NCBI GenBank assembly: GCA_964440225.1
Contig: CAYTRM010000001.1
Location: 1-43,003 of the forward strand
DNA from: an uncultured Thermoleophilia bacterium
GTDB taxonomy: Bacteria > Actinomycetota > Thermoleophilia > UBA2241
Length of the DNA: 43,003 nt
Reading direction: 5' to 3'
The notes below the pieces were generated by a model. The model had not been told where the DNA came from. It searched no databases and was given only the letters and a program-made list of their open reading frames with translations. This document shows, piece by piece, positions 18,182-26,385 of the stretch (position 1 is its first letter; the number at the start of each line of letters is the position of its first letter). The position numbers and the translations under genes were made by a program.

Positions 18182-18632
18182 GCTGCGGCAGCCCCGCCGG
18201 TTCAGCCGGTACGGCCCGGTCGCGTGCGCGGCTCCACGGCCGGCAGCATCCTGTCGCGTCCGAGCGCCCGCGTGAGGTCGGTGGAGCGTCGCGGTCGAGC
18301 CGCTCCCGCGCCTCACGCGTGGTGGTGTCGCCGATACCGGCGTTGCGGACCGTGGCCGCCATGCCGTGCGCCTTGAGGGCTCCGGGCAGCAGTTCCGGGT
18401 ACATCTCGATTGACTGCCCGGTCCAATCATCGACCGCGGTCGTGGAGTCGCCGAGAGCGACGATCACCAGCGGTGCTGGCTCGCACTTCGCCGTCGATTC
18501 CCTGGGGGGACCGCTCACCCCACGCCCCCCTGCTGGCAGTCTCCCAAGCCGGCCCGGTTCGCTCTCGAGGGGGAGACTGCACAATCGATGGGTCTTCCGC
18601 GAGCGAGGATCTGCCTTCCGCTGGGGGGGCAC
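18156..18632 (-). pseudogene. SGNH/GDSL hydrolase 5' fragment (blocks I-II only)
   Basis: LVIVALGDSTT (block I GDS) and VRNAGIGDTTT (block II) are encoded by ~18288-18473. No block III (GxND) or V (DxxH) appears in any frame. The ORF tail runs into the 3' end of PrpD-2. Confidence 0.45.
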
Positions 18633-18735
18633 GATCTATCTCCCCCATCGGTTGCAGGACCATGTTGCGAGCCAGACTGATGTCGGGGGAGAGGCTGTCC
18701 GACGGGGCATTACAGAATTGCTCAGGAATGTATCT

Positions 18736-18764
18736 CATGAACAGCATGAACAGTATGGTACAAT
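18736..18764 (+). promoter_or_regulatory. Candidate promoter of the MttB-B operon: exact tandem CATGAACAG x2 abutting an extended -10 (TGGTACAAT)
   Basis: CATGAACAG at 18736-18744 and 18745-18753, TG at 18756-18757, TACAAT at 18759-18764, all in a locally AT-richer 245-nt spacer. No good -35. Confidence 0.4.
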
Positions 18765-18822
18765 GCCCGGCATCACTGCCTTCGGGTGCACTGCGGCTCT
18801 GCCGCCTGATTCGCTCGCTGAA

Positions 18823-18844
18823 GGACTGGGGGCGTCCCCGGTCC
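18823..18844 (+). other. Leader hairpin (9-bp stem incl. one G-U, GCGU loop) ~35 nt upstream of the MttB-B start
   Basis: GGACTGGGG-GCGT-CCCCGGTCC. No downstream U-tract, so it is not called as a terminator. Confidence 0.4.
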
Positions 18845-18878
18845 AACTCGAGGCAAAGCAACGACGAAGGGGAGCAGC

Positions 18879-20297
18879 GTGGCCACGGCCAGGATCACCT
18901 ATCTCTCTGAGAGCGAGCGCGCCGATCTGATCGAGCAGACGTTCATCGTGCTCGAGGAGGTCGGCGTGACCTTCCACACGCCCGAGGCGCTCGACCTGCT
19001 GGAGGAGGCCGGCGCGGTCGTCGACCGCGAGACCACGCTTGCGCGCCTGCCGCGCGACCTGGTCGAGCGCTGCCTGGCGCTGGCGCCCAGCCAGGTGCTC
19101 CTCGCCGCTCGCGACCCGCGCAACGACGTGCTGATCGGCGGCGGCGCGCCGCTGTCAGTGAGCAGTAGCGGTACCGCGACCTACATGCTCGACGACCTCA
19201 CCGGCGAGCGCCGCGACGGCACCGCCGCCGACCTGCGCACGATCATGCGCCTCTTCGACGCGCTCCCCGAGTACGACTACGTGTGGCCGACCATCTCGGC
19301 GCGCGACCTCGACCCGCTGACCGCCAACCTCGAGATCGAGGCAATCTCGCTGCGCTCGTGCGCCAAGCACGTGCAGGACGAGGTGCGCTCCATAGAGTAC
19401 GTCGAACCGTTGCTGGACATCTTCGAGGTCGTCGCTGGTGCGCCCATGAGCAAGCGGCCCATCTTCTCGACCATCAACTGCACCATCGCGCCACTGTCGC
19501 ACGACGCGGAGATGACGCCGGCCAGCATCGCCCTGGCGCGCGCCGGCGTGCCGATCGTCATCATGCCGATGCCGCTGATGGGCACCACGGCGCCGCTGAG
19601 CGCCGCCGGCGTGACGGTCATCACCCTGGCCGAGATCGCCTCGGCCGTCGTGCTCTTCCAGCTCGCCGCGCCGGGCTGCCCGCTGATCGCGGGGCCTGAA
19701 CCGGCGCTGGCAGACCTGCGCAGCGGCCTCTACCTGAGCGCCCCGCCGGAGATCGCGTTCGCCGCCCTGGCCTGCATCGACGTGCTCAAGTCGTGGGGTC
19801 TGCCGGTGCAGGGAGGGAGCTTCGGCGGCGACGCCAAGGCGACCGACTTCCAGGACGGGCTCGAAGGCGCCTTCCACGGCCTGCTGGATTCGCTCAGCGG
19901 CGCCGACACGCTCATCGGCCCAGGCGAGTTCGACGGCGCTCAGTCAGTGAGCCTGGGCGCCATCGTGCTGCATGCCGACGCCACCGGCATGCTCAAGAAG
20001 GCGCTCGCCGACACGCCGTTCGACAGCGCCTCGATGCTGATCGACGACATCCGCGCCGTGGGCCCCGGCGGCCACTTCATGGGCCGCCGGTCGACCCGGC
20101 AGCGCGCCCGTGACGCCTGGCAGCCGGCCGTGATGCGGCGCGGCACCTTCGAGTCACACCGCGGCAGCACGCTGATCGAAGACGCCGTGGCGCGGGCCCA
20201 CCACCTGCTGGCCACCCATGAGGTCCTGCCGATCGCCGACGACATCGAGCGCCACATGGACCAAGTCATCGCCGGCTTCGCGACCGCCAACGCCTAG
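18879..20297 (+). CDS. MttB-superfamily (non-pyrrolysine) protein, paralog B
   Basis: GTG start with GAAGGGGAG RBS. 472 aa with no in-frame TAG. IVIMPMPLMGTTAP and VGPGGHFMG. Closest to paralog D. Confidence 0.85.
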   Translation: MATARITYLSESERADLIEQTFIVLEEVGVTFHTPEALDLLEEAGAVVDRETTLARLPRDLVERCLALAPSQVLLAARDPRNDVLIGGGAPLSVSSSGTATYMLDDLTGERRDGTAADLRTIMRLFDALPEYDYVWPTISARDLDPLTANLEIEAISLRSCAKHVQDEVRSIEYVEPLLDIFEVVAGAPMSKRPIFSTINCTIAPLSHDAEMTPASIALARAGVPIVIMPMPLMGTTAPLSAAGVTVITLAEIASAVVLFQLAAPGCPLIAGPEPALADLRSGLYLSAPPEIAFAALACIDVLKSWGLPVQGGSFGGDAKATDFQDGLEGAFHGLLDSLSGADTLIGPGEFDGAQSVSLGAIVLHADATGMLKKALADTPFDSASMLIDDIRAVGPGGHFMGRRSTRQRARDAWQPAVMRRGTFESHRGSTLIEDAVARAHHLLATHEVLPIADDIERHMDQVIAGFATANA

Positions 20298-20329
20298 ACG
20301 ATCGACAGCGACTTACCAAGGAGGTCAGG

Positions 20330-21604
20330 ATGCGAGCCGAGATGACGACCGCCCCCCAAGCGCGACCGAGCTGGGCGCACGCGGGCCTCTCGGTCATCGG
20401 CGGCCATTTGGCGATCGCCGGCCGTGACGCCGAGGCCGTCGCTCTTGAGCACGGCACGCCCCTGTACGCTTTCGATCTTGTCCGCATCACCGAGCAGGTC
20501 GCGGCTCTGCAACGGGCGCTCGCGGGGGTGGGTCTGCGGTACACGACCAGGTTCTCGATGAAGGCGCAGCGGGAGCCCGAGGTGCTCGCCCACCTGCGCA
20601 GCCTCGGTCCGCCTTTGACCCCACAGTGCATCGGCCCCGACATCTGCTCTCCCGTGGAACTGGCCAGCGCGCTGGCCAGCGGGTGGCAGGGCGACGAGAT
20701 CAGCTACACGGGGACCAACGTCTCCGACCGCGACTTCGCGGCCATCTGCGCCCAGCCGATCCGCCTCAACGTCGACGGGCTGTCGCAACTGCGGCGCTTC
20801 GCCCGTCACGCGCCCGGTGGAAGCGTCGGCCTGCGTGTCAACGTGCGCTGTGGCGCGGGGCACGGCGGTCGGTACGCGGGCAGCGACTACGGTAGCGACA
20901 AGCCGTCGAAGTTCGGCTTCTACCAGGAGCAGCTTCCCGAAGCCCTCGTGATCGCGCGTGAGGCCGGGCTGACCATCACCGGCCTGCATTTCCACGCGAG
21001 CACCGCTCTGGCCATGGACGACCTTCCCGCCTTCGCCGAGACGGTGCGGCGTGCCGCAGCGACGGCCGCCTTCCTCCTCGAGGCGGGCTGTCCGCTCGAA
21101 GAGGTCAACGCCGGCGGCGGCCTCGACATCGGCGCGTCCGCCGACCGGCCGGCCCTCGACCTGGACGCGTACGCGACGGTGCTGGCCGAGTATCTCGGGC
21201 CGCTGGGTCCGGTCGTCTCGGTCGAGCCGGGGGAGTTCCTCTTCGGCGACAGCGCCGTCTTGCTGGCCGAAGTGGTGACGGTCGAGGACCGGCTCGGAGT
21301 GCCGTTCGTGGGGCTCGACGCGGGCTGGAACGCCGCCCCGGATCGCTTCATCTACCAGGTGCCGCTCGAGGTCGTGCTCTGTCGCGACGTGCTGCCCGGG
21401 AGCGTGCGAGCGACGACGATCACCGGTCACATCAACGAGGGCGACGACGTCTTCGCCGAGGACTACCCCTTCCCCGAGCCGCGCGAGGGCGACATCGTCG
21501 CCATCCTGTACGCGGGCGGCTACTGGCAGAACATGGTCGCTCCCCACTGCGGACGCCTCAAGCCGCAGGCGGTGTACTTCGCCGACCGTCTCGGGGCCGC
21601 GTAG
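20330..21604 (+). CDS. Fold-type III PLP-dependent decarboxylase (Orn/DAP/Arg decarboxylase family, diaminopimelate decarboxylase-like)
   Basis: AAGGAGG RBS. GTPLYAFD, PLP-lysine context RFSMKAQ, glycine loop NAGGGLDIG, EPGEFL. Confidence 0.8.
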   Translation: MRAEMTTAPQARPSWAHAGLSVIGGHLAIAGRDAEAVALEHGTPLYAFDLVRITEQVAALQRALAGVGLRYTTRFSMKAQREPEVLAHLRSLGPPLTPQCIGPDICSPVELASALASGWQGDEISYTGTNVSDRDFAAICAQPIRLNVDGLSQLRRFARHAPGGSVGLRVNVRCGAGHGGRYAGSDYGSDKPSKFGFYQEQLPEALVIAREAGLTITGLHFHASTALAMDDLPAFAETVRRAAATAAFLLEAGCPLEEVNAGGGLDIGASADRPALDLDAYATVLAEYLGPLGPVVSVEPGEFLFGDSAVLLAEVVTVEDRLGVPFVGLDAGWNAAPDRFIYQVPLEVVLCRDVLPGSVRATTITGHINEGDDVFAEDYPFPEPREGDIVAILYAGGYWQNMVAPHCGRLKPQAVYFADRLGAA

Positions 21605-21632
21605 CAGTGAACGACAATCTGGAGGTTCCTCT

Positions 21633-23057
21633 ATGGAGAGAGTGATCCTGAAGGCCTGGGACGAGGCCGATTGCGCGCGCGGGCATGCCGCGGCCCTGAA
21701 GATCCTCGACCGCGTCGGCGTGGAGGTGCGCGACGAGACGGGGCTGGCGCTGTTCGAGAAGGCGGGCGCGCGCGTCGAACACACTCGTGTGCGCATACCC
21801 GCGGAGCTCGTCGAGCAGGCCCTGTCGACCGCGCCGCGCGCCTTCCCGCTGAAGGGGAGAGACGACGACGGGGCCTTTGACCTCGACGTCCGCGATGGTC
21901 CGGTCTACTTCGGAGCCGGTTCGGACTGCCTCTACATCCTCGACCCTCAGAGCGGCGAACGCCGGCGGGCGGCGGTCGCCGATATCGAGGTCGGCGCGGG
22001 CCTGATCGAGCGGTTGCCCAGCATCGACTTCGTGATGTCGATGTGGTTGCCCGAGGACGCTCCGCAAGAGGTCGTCGAGCTGGTGCAGCTCCAGGCCATG
22101 CTGACCTACACGCGCAAGCCGATCGTGGTGTCCAGCGCTCGCGGCGGCAACGCGATGCACGAGCAGGTCGAGATGGCCGCTGCCTGCGGCGCTCCTGCCG
22201 ACACCCTCGCCTGCCTCAATATGTCGTCGCCGTCACTCGTCTTCGACGCGACTTGTGTCGAGAAGACGTTGTCGTGTGCCCAGCTTGGCGTTCCCATGGT
22301 CCTTGAGACGGGCGTCTCGCTCGGCTCCACCGGGCCGGTCTCGATGCAGACGTCCGTGGCTGCGGCGCACGCCGAGGTCATGGCTGCCCTCGTGCTGCAC
22401 CAGCACATCGAGCCGGGAGCGCCCTTCATCTACGGGACGGGCATCAGCCAACTCAACATGGGCACCTTCGTCGATCTCTACGGGGGGCCCGAAAGCGGGC
22501 TTGCGGGCCACTTGCAGCTCAACCTCGCCCAATCGTTGTCGCTGCCCACGTTCGACTACGCAGGGTACTCCGATGCGAAGAGCCATGACGAGCAGGCCGT
22601 CGCCGAGATCATGTCGACCTGTATCGGCGGGGCCAACTGTGGGGGGACCCTGCTGCACGACGTCGGCTACCTCGAGTCGGGGCTGCTGAGTTCCTTCGAG
22701 GCGTTGGTCATGGGCGACGAGTTCGCCGGCTTCGCGCGCGCCGGCATGGGGATAGTGCCCTCCGACGACGCGGTGTTCCTGATCGACGAGGTCGCCGACG
22801 TGGGACCGGGAGGCAGCTATCTCGGCAAGTCCACGACGCGCAAGGCGATCCGCGAGTGGTGGCGCCCGCGGCTGCTCGACGGGTCGAACGCCCGCCAGTG
22901 GCAGGAGAGCGGCTCGCTTTCATTGGGCGATCGTCTTCGTGCTCTGACCGCGGAGCTGCTGGCGCCGGCTCCCGAGCCGGTGATTGACTCGCAGGCGGTG
23001 TCCGACCTTGCCTCTCTCGTCGAGCAGGCACGCGGGCGGGTGGCGGACGGGGAGTGA
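21633..23057 (+). CDS. MttB-superfamily (non-pyrrolysine) protein, paralog C
   Basis: GGAGG RBS. 474 aa with no in-frame TAG. PSIDFVMSMWLPEDAP, RKPIVVSS, LLHDVGYLESGL, VGPGGSYLG. Confidence 0.85.
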   Translation: MERVILKAWDEADCARGHAAALKILDRVGVEVRDETGLALFEKAGARVEHTRVRIPAELVEQALSTAPRAFPLKGRDDDGAFDLDVRDGPVYFGAGSDCLYILDPQSGERRRAAVADIEVGAGLIERLPSIDFVMSMWLPEDAPQEVVELVQLQAMLTYTRKPIVVSSARGGNAMHEQVEMAAACGAPADTLACLNMSSPSLVFDATCVEKTLSCAQLGVPMVLETGVSLGSTGPVSMQTSVAAAHAEVMAALVLHQHIEPGAPFIYGTGISQLNMGTFVDLYGGPESGLAGHLQLNLAQSLSLPTFDYAGYSDAKSHDEQAVAEIMSTCIGGANCGGTLLHDVGYLESGLLSSFEALVMGDEFAGFARAGMGIVPSDDAVFLIDEVADVGPGGSYLGKSTTRKAIREWWRPRLLDGSNARQWQESGSLSLGDRLRALTAELLAPAPEPVIDSQAVSDLASLVEQARGRVADGE

Positions 23058-23094
23058 CAGGGGTCATAGGGAGTCAGCGGAGAAAGGATCAAGC

Positions 23095-24906
23095 ATGGAC
23101 GTCACGAGAAAGCTGTCGACCTGCCTGTTGCTCGCGGCTGCGCTGCTCGCGGCGGGTTCGATCTGGGGACCAGCGGTGTCGTTCGCTCAGAGCTCGCCGC
23201 CGGCGAGCACCGGCAAGGTCGTGCTGAAGCTCGGCCTTCCGGCCGACGCCGACTCGCTCAATCCGTGGATCGGCTACTTCGGCCTCTGCTACGAGGTCTG
23301 GAGCCTCAACTACGACTTCCTGGTCAACCATGATCCTGAGGGCAACCCGGCCCCCGGCCTGGCCGAAAGCTGGTCGACGTCACCCGATGGCCTCACCTGG
23401 ACGTTCAAGATCCGCCAGGGAGCCAAGTGGCACGACGGTCGGCCGGTGACGGCCAGCGACGTGGCGTTCACCTACAACCTCATCATCCAGAAGGAGATCG
23501 ACTCGTACACGCCCTACGTCAAGAACATCGAAGAGGCCGTGGCGGTCGACGACTCCACGGTCGAGATCCACTGCTCCGCGCCCAAGGCGAACATGCTCGA
23601 CCTCTGGATCTACATCCTTCCCGAGCACATCTGGAGCAGGATCGACGATCCCGTCAACCACAAGATGACCTATCCGATCATCGGGTCGGGCCCCTTCCAG
23701 TGCGTCGAGTGGAAGAAGGGGAGCCACATCAAGATGGTCAAGGTGCCCGGCTACTGGGGCGGCGAGCCGACCCTCGACGAAGTCTCCTACGAGATCTACA
23801 CCAACACCGACACGATGGTGATGGACCTCAAGTCCGGGATCATCGACGGCGCCGAGGACGTCCCGCCGGCGCAGTACGCGTCGCTCTCCGAGACCGAGGG
23901 CTTCACCGCCACCGGCCTGAACATGTACACGTTCGAGTACCTGAGCCTCAACTGCTACGGGGAGCCCACCTCGCTGGGCCACCCCGCCCTCAGAGACGTG
24001 AGGTTCCGCCAGGCGCTTCACTGGGCCGTCGACAAGCAGAAGCTCGTCGACCTCGGCCTGGCCGGCCACGGACGTCCCGGGACGACGATCTGCCCGCCCG
24101 ATGAGTGGCCGCCCGGGCGTGACCCGCACTACGAGCCCACCGCCGAAGAGGCCTACGGCTTCGACATCGCCAAGGCCAACCAGCTGCTCGATGCGGCCGG
24201 CTACGCCGACTCCGATGGCAACGGCATCCGCGAGTACAAGGGCAACGACATCGAGCTGCGCCTCTGGAGTCGCAGCGAGTCGCAGTCCAGCCAGATGGAG
24301 GGCAAGCTGATCGCCGGCTGGTTCAAGGAGTGCGGCCTGAGGATCGACTACTCGGTCGTCGACGAAGGCGTCTTCAACGATGCGGTCTGGAACTACAAGG
24401 GCGACGACTACGCGCCCGACTACGACATGCTGCTGTGGGATTGGCCGGGCTACCTCGATGCCGGTGACACGCTCTCCTGCCTCACGACAAGCCAGATCGA
24501 GTGGTGGAACGACTGCTGCTGGTCGAACGCCGAGTTCGACGAGCTCAGCGACCAGCAGTACGGCGAGATGGACGTGCCGACCCGTATGGACATGCTCAAG
24601 CGCATGCAGCAGATCATCTACGTCGAGTCGCCCTACATCGTGCTCACCTATCCCGACGCGTTGGAGGTCAACAACACCGCCAAGTGGGAGGGCTGGGTCC
24701 TGTACCAGGGCAAGGGCCTGCCCTGGTTCAACTCCCTCAACATGGACACCTACCTGAAGCTCAAGCCCGTAGCCGCCGTCGAGGGCGAATCGGGCGGGAC
24801 CAGCACCACCACCTGGATCATCATCGGCGTGGTCGCCGCCCTCCTGGCGATCGTCGTGATCGTCCTTCTCGCCCGCCGCGGCAGGGGCATGGCGGTCGAG
24901 GAGTGA
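23095..24906 (+). CDS. ABC-transporter substrate-binding protein, family 5, signal peptide plus C-terminal TM anchor (SBP2)
   Basis: GGAGAAAGGA RBS before ATG 23095. Signal peptide ..GPAVSFAQS. WHDGRPVTASDVAFTYN, ILPEHIW, GSGPF. C-terminus GGTSTTTWIIIGVVAALLAIVVIVLLARRGRGMAVEE. Confidence 0.85.
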   Translation: MDVTRKLSTCLLLAAALLAAGSIWGPAVSFAQSSPPASTGKVVLKLGLPADADSLNPWIGYFGLCYEVWSLNYDFLVNHDPEGNPAPGLAESWSTSPDGLTWTFKIRQGAKWHDGRPVTASDVAFTYNLIIQKEIDSYTPYVKNIEEAVAVDDSTVEIHCSAPKANMLDLWIYILPEHIWSRIDDPVNHKMTYPIIGSGPFQCVEWKKGSHIKMVKVPGYWGGEPTLDEVSYEIYTNTDTMVMDLKSGIIDGAEDVPPAQYASLSETEGFTATGLNMYTFEYLSLNCYGEPTSLGHPALRDVRFRQALHWAVDKQKLVDLGLAGHGRPGTTICPPDEWPPGRDPHYEPTAEEAYGFDIAKANQLLDAAGYADSDGNGIREYKGNDIELRLWSRSESQSSQMEGKLIAGWFKECGLRIDYSVVDEGVFNDAVWNYKGDDYAPDYDMLLWDWPGYLDAGDTLSCLTTSQIEWWNDCCWSNAEFDELSDQQYGEMDVPTRMDMLKRMQQIIYVESPYIVLTYPDALEVNNTAKWEGWVLYQGKGLPWFNSLNMDTYLKLKPVAAVEGESGGTSTTTWIIIGVVAALLAIVVIVLLARRGRGMAVEE

Positions 24907-26345
24907 AGACGCGGATCGAGGTCCTGGCACCCGACGAGCGGGCGCAGGTGCACGAGCGTTCGTTGCACGTGCTCGAGAAGGTGGGTATGCGCGTCGACAC
25001 GGCCGTCGGCCGCCGCATCCTGGAGAACGTGGGAGCCCTCGTCGATGAGTCGACACGCATCGTGCGCTTCCCCCACGCGCTGGTCGAAGAGCTTCTGGCG
25101 CTGGCGCCGCGACGATTCTCGCTGGGCGGGCGGCGGCCCGGCTGGGAGTTCCCGCTCAACGCCGGTGAGTCGACCATGTGCCTCGACGGCGGTCCCACGA
25201 TGGTCCTCGACCGGCACTCGGGAGAACGCCGGCCCAGCACGCGCGCCGATTGGCTCGAGGCGATCCGGCTCAGCGACGCCGTCGACGAGATCGGCGTGCT
25301 CTGGTCGCCGGTCTCGGGCTGGCTCCCCGACAAGAGCAGGACCTCCTTCGTCGACTACGCGGCCGGCATGCAGCGGGCCTTCTCCAAACATGTGCAGGAC
25401 TCGTTCGATGATCCCGTCGAAGCGCGCTGGCAACTCGAGGTCCTCGAGATCGTCTTCGGCGGACGCGACGAAGTCCGCCGTCTGCACCCGTACTCGTTCC
25501 TGACAACGCCGGTCTCGCCGCTGGTCATCGAGAAGGCGGGCACTGAAGCCTGGCTGGCGCTGCGCGGCTACGACATCCCGCTGGCGATCATGCCCATGCC
25601 GCTGATGGGGGCGACCGCCCCGGGCAGCATGCTGGGCACCACGCTGCTGGCCAATTGCGAAGTCCTGGGCGTCATCTGTCTGGCGCAGGCCGCCGAGCCG
25701 GGCACACCGATCATCCATGCGCCGACTCTGGCGACCATTGACCCGCGCAGCGGACGCCTGGCCGACAACGCACCCCAGGCCGCTCTCAACATCGCCGGCG
25801 TGGAGATGGCACGCTACTACGGCCTGCCGGCCATGGGGTCGGGAGGCGGCACCGACGCCTTCGCGCCCGGTATCCAGTCCGGGTACGAGGGGACGTTCGG
25901 TACCGTGCTCGGGGCGCTGGCCTGGCCCGACGTCATGGTCGGCCCCGGCGGGCTGGCAGGGTCGACCATCTTCAGTTTCGAGCAGACCCTGGTCGACGTC
26001 GAGATCTGGCGCCTGTGCCGCAAGGCCCACGCCGGCATCGAGGTCGCCGATGACCGCTGGCTCACCGAGGCGCTGGAGCGCGTCGGCCCCGGCGGCCAGT
26101 TTCTCTCCGAGAAGTCGACGCGCGTCAACGCGCGCTCCGGCGAATGGCACTTCTCGCAGCTGGGCTGGCACGATTCCTGCGACGCCTGGACGGCGGCCGG
26201 CTGCCCCGATGCCCTCGATGGGGCGCGAGAGAAGGTCGACGCGATCCTGGCGGCCCATCAGCCGCTGCCGCTCGGCGAGGACGTCGAAGGCGCGCTGGCC
26301 GAGCTCCGCGACCGAGCCCTGCGTCACGACGGGGGTTCGTCTTGA
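24903..26345 (+). CDS. MttB-superfamily (non-pyrrolysine) protein, paralog D
   Basis: GTG start overlapping the SBP2 stop (GTGA). VKTRIEVLAPDERAQVHERSLHVLEKVGMRV aligns with the N-termini of the other paralogs. LAIMPMPLMGATAP and VGPGGQFLS. Confidence 0.8.
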   Translation: MKTRIEVLAPDERAQVHERSLHVLEKVGMRVDTAVGRRILENVGALVDESTRIVRFPHALVEELLALAPRRFSLGGRRPGWEFPLNAGESTMCLDGGPTMVLDRHSGERRPSTRADWLEAIRLSDAVDEIGVLWSPVSGWLPDKSRTSFVDYAAGMQRAFSKHVQDSFDDPVEARWQLEVLEIVFGGRDEVRRLHPYSFLTTPVSPLVIEKAGTEAWLALRGYDIPLAIMPMPLMGATAPGSMLGTTLLANCEVLGVICLAQAAEPGTPIIHAPTLATIDPRSGRLADNAPQAALNIAGVEMARYYGLPAMGSGGGTDAFAPGIQSGYEGTFGTVLGALAWPDVMVGPGGLAGSTIFSFEQTLVDVEIWRLCRKAHAGIEVADDRWLTEALERVGPGGQFLSEKSTRVNARSGEWHFSQLGWHDSCDAWTAAGCPDALDGAREKVDAILAAHQPLPLGEDVEGALAELRDRALRHDGGSS

Positions 26346-26385
26346 GTCCGGTCGGCCATGAACATGCCGAGAGGCAGGTGAGTCC

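Noticed and set aside
18765-18878. Cobalamin riboswitch in the MttB-B leader (and in 2949..3045 ahead of MttB-A).
   Set aside because: I could not find a B12-box-like consensus or the multi-stem architecture. Only a single hairpin is evident. A covariance-model scan is needed for certainty.
3046-26345. Possible pyrrolysine (in-frame TAG) recoding in the MttB paralogs.
   Set aside because: All four reading frames are continuous with no internal TAG. No pylTSBCD-like genes or tRNA were seen, so they belong to the non-Pyl branch.
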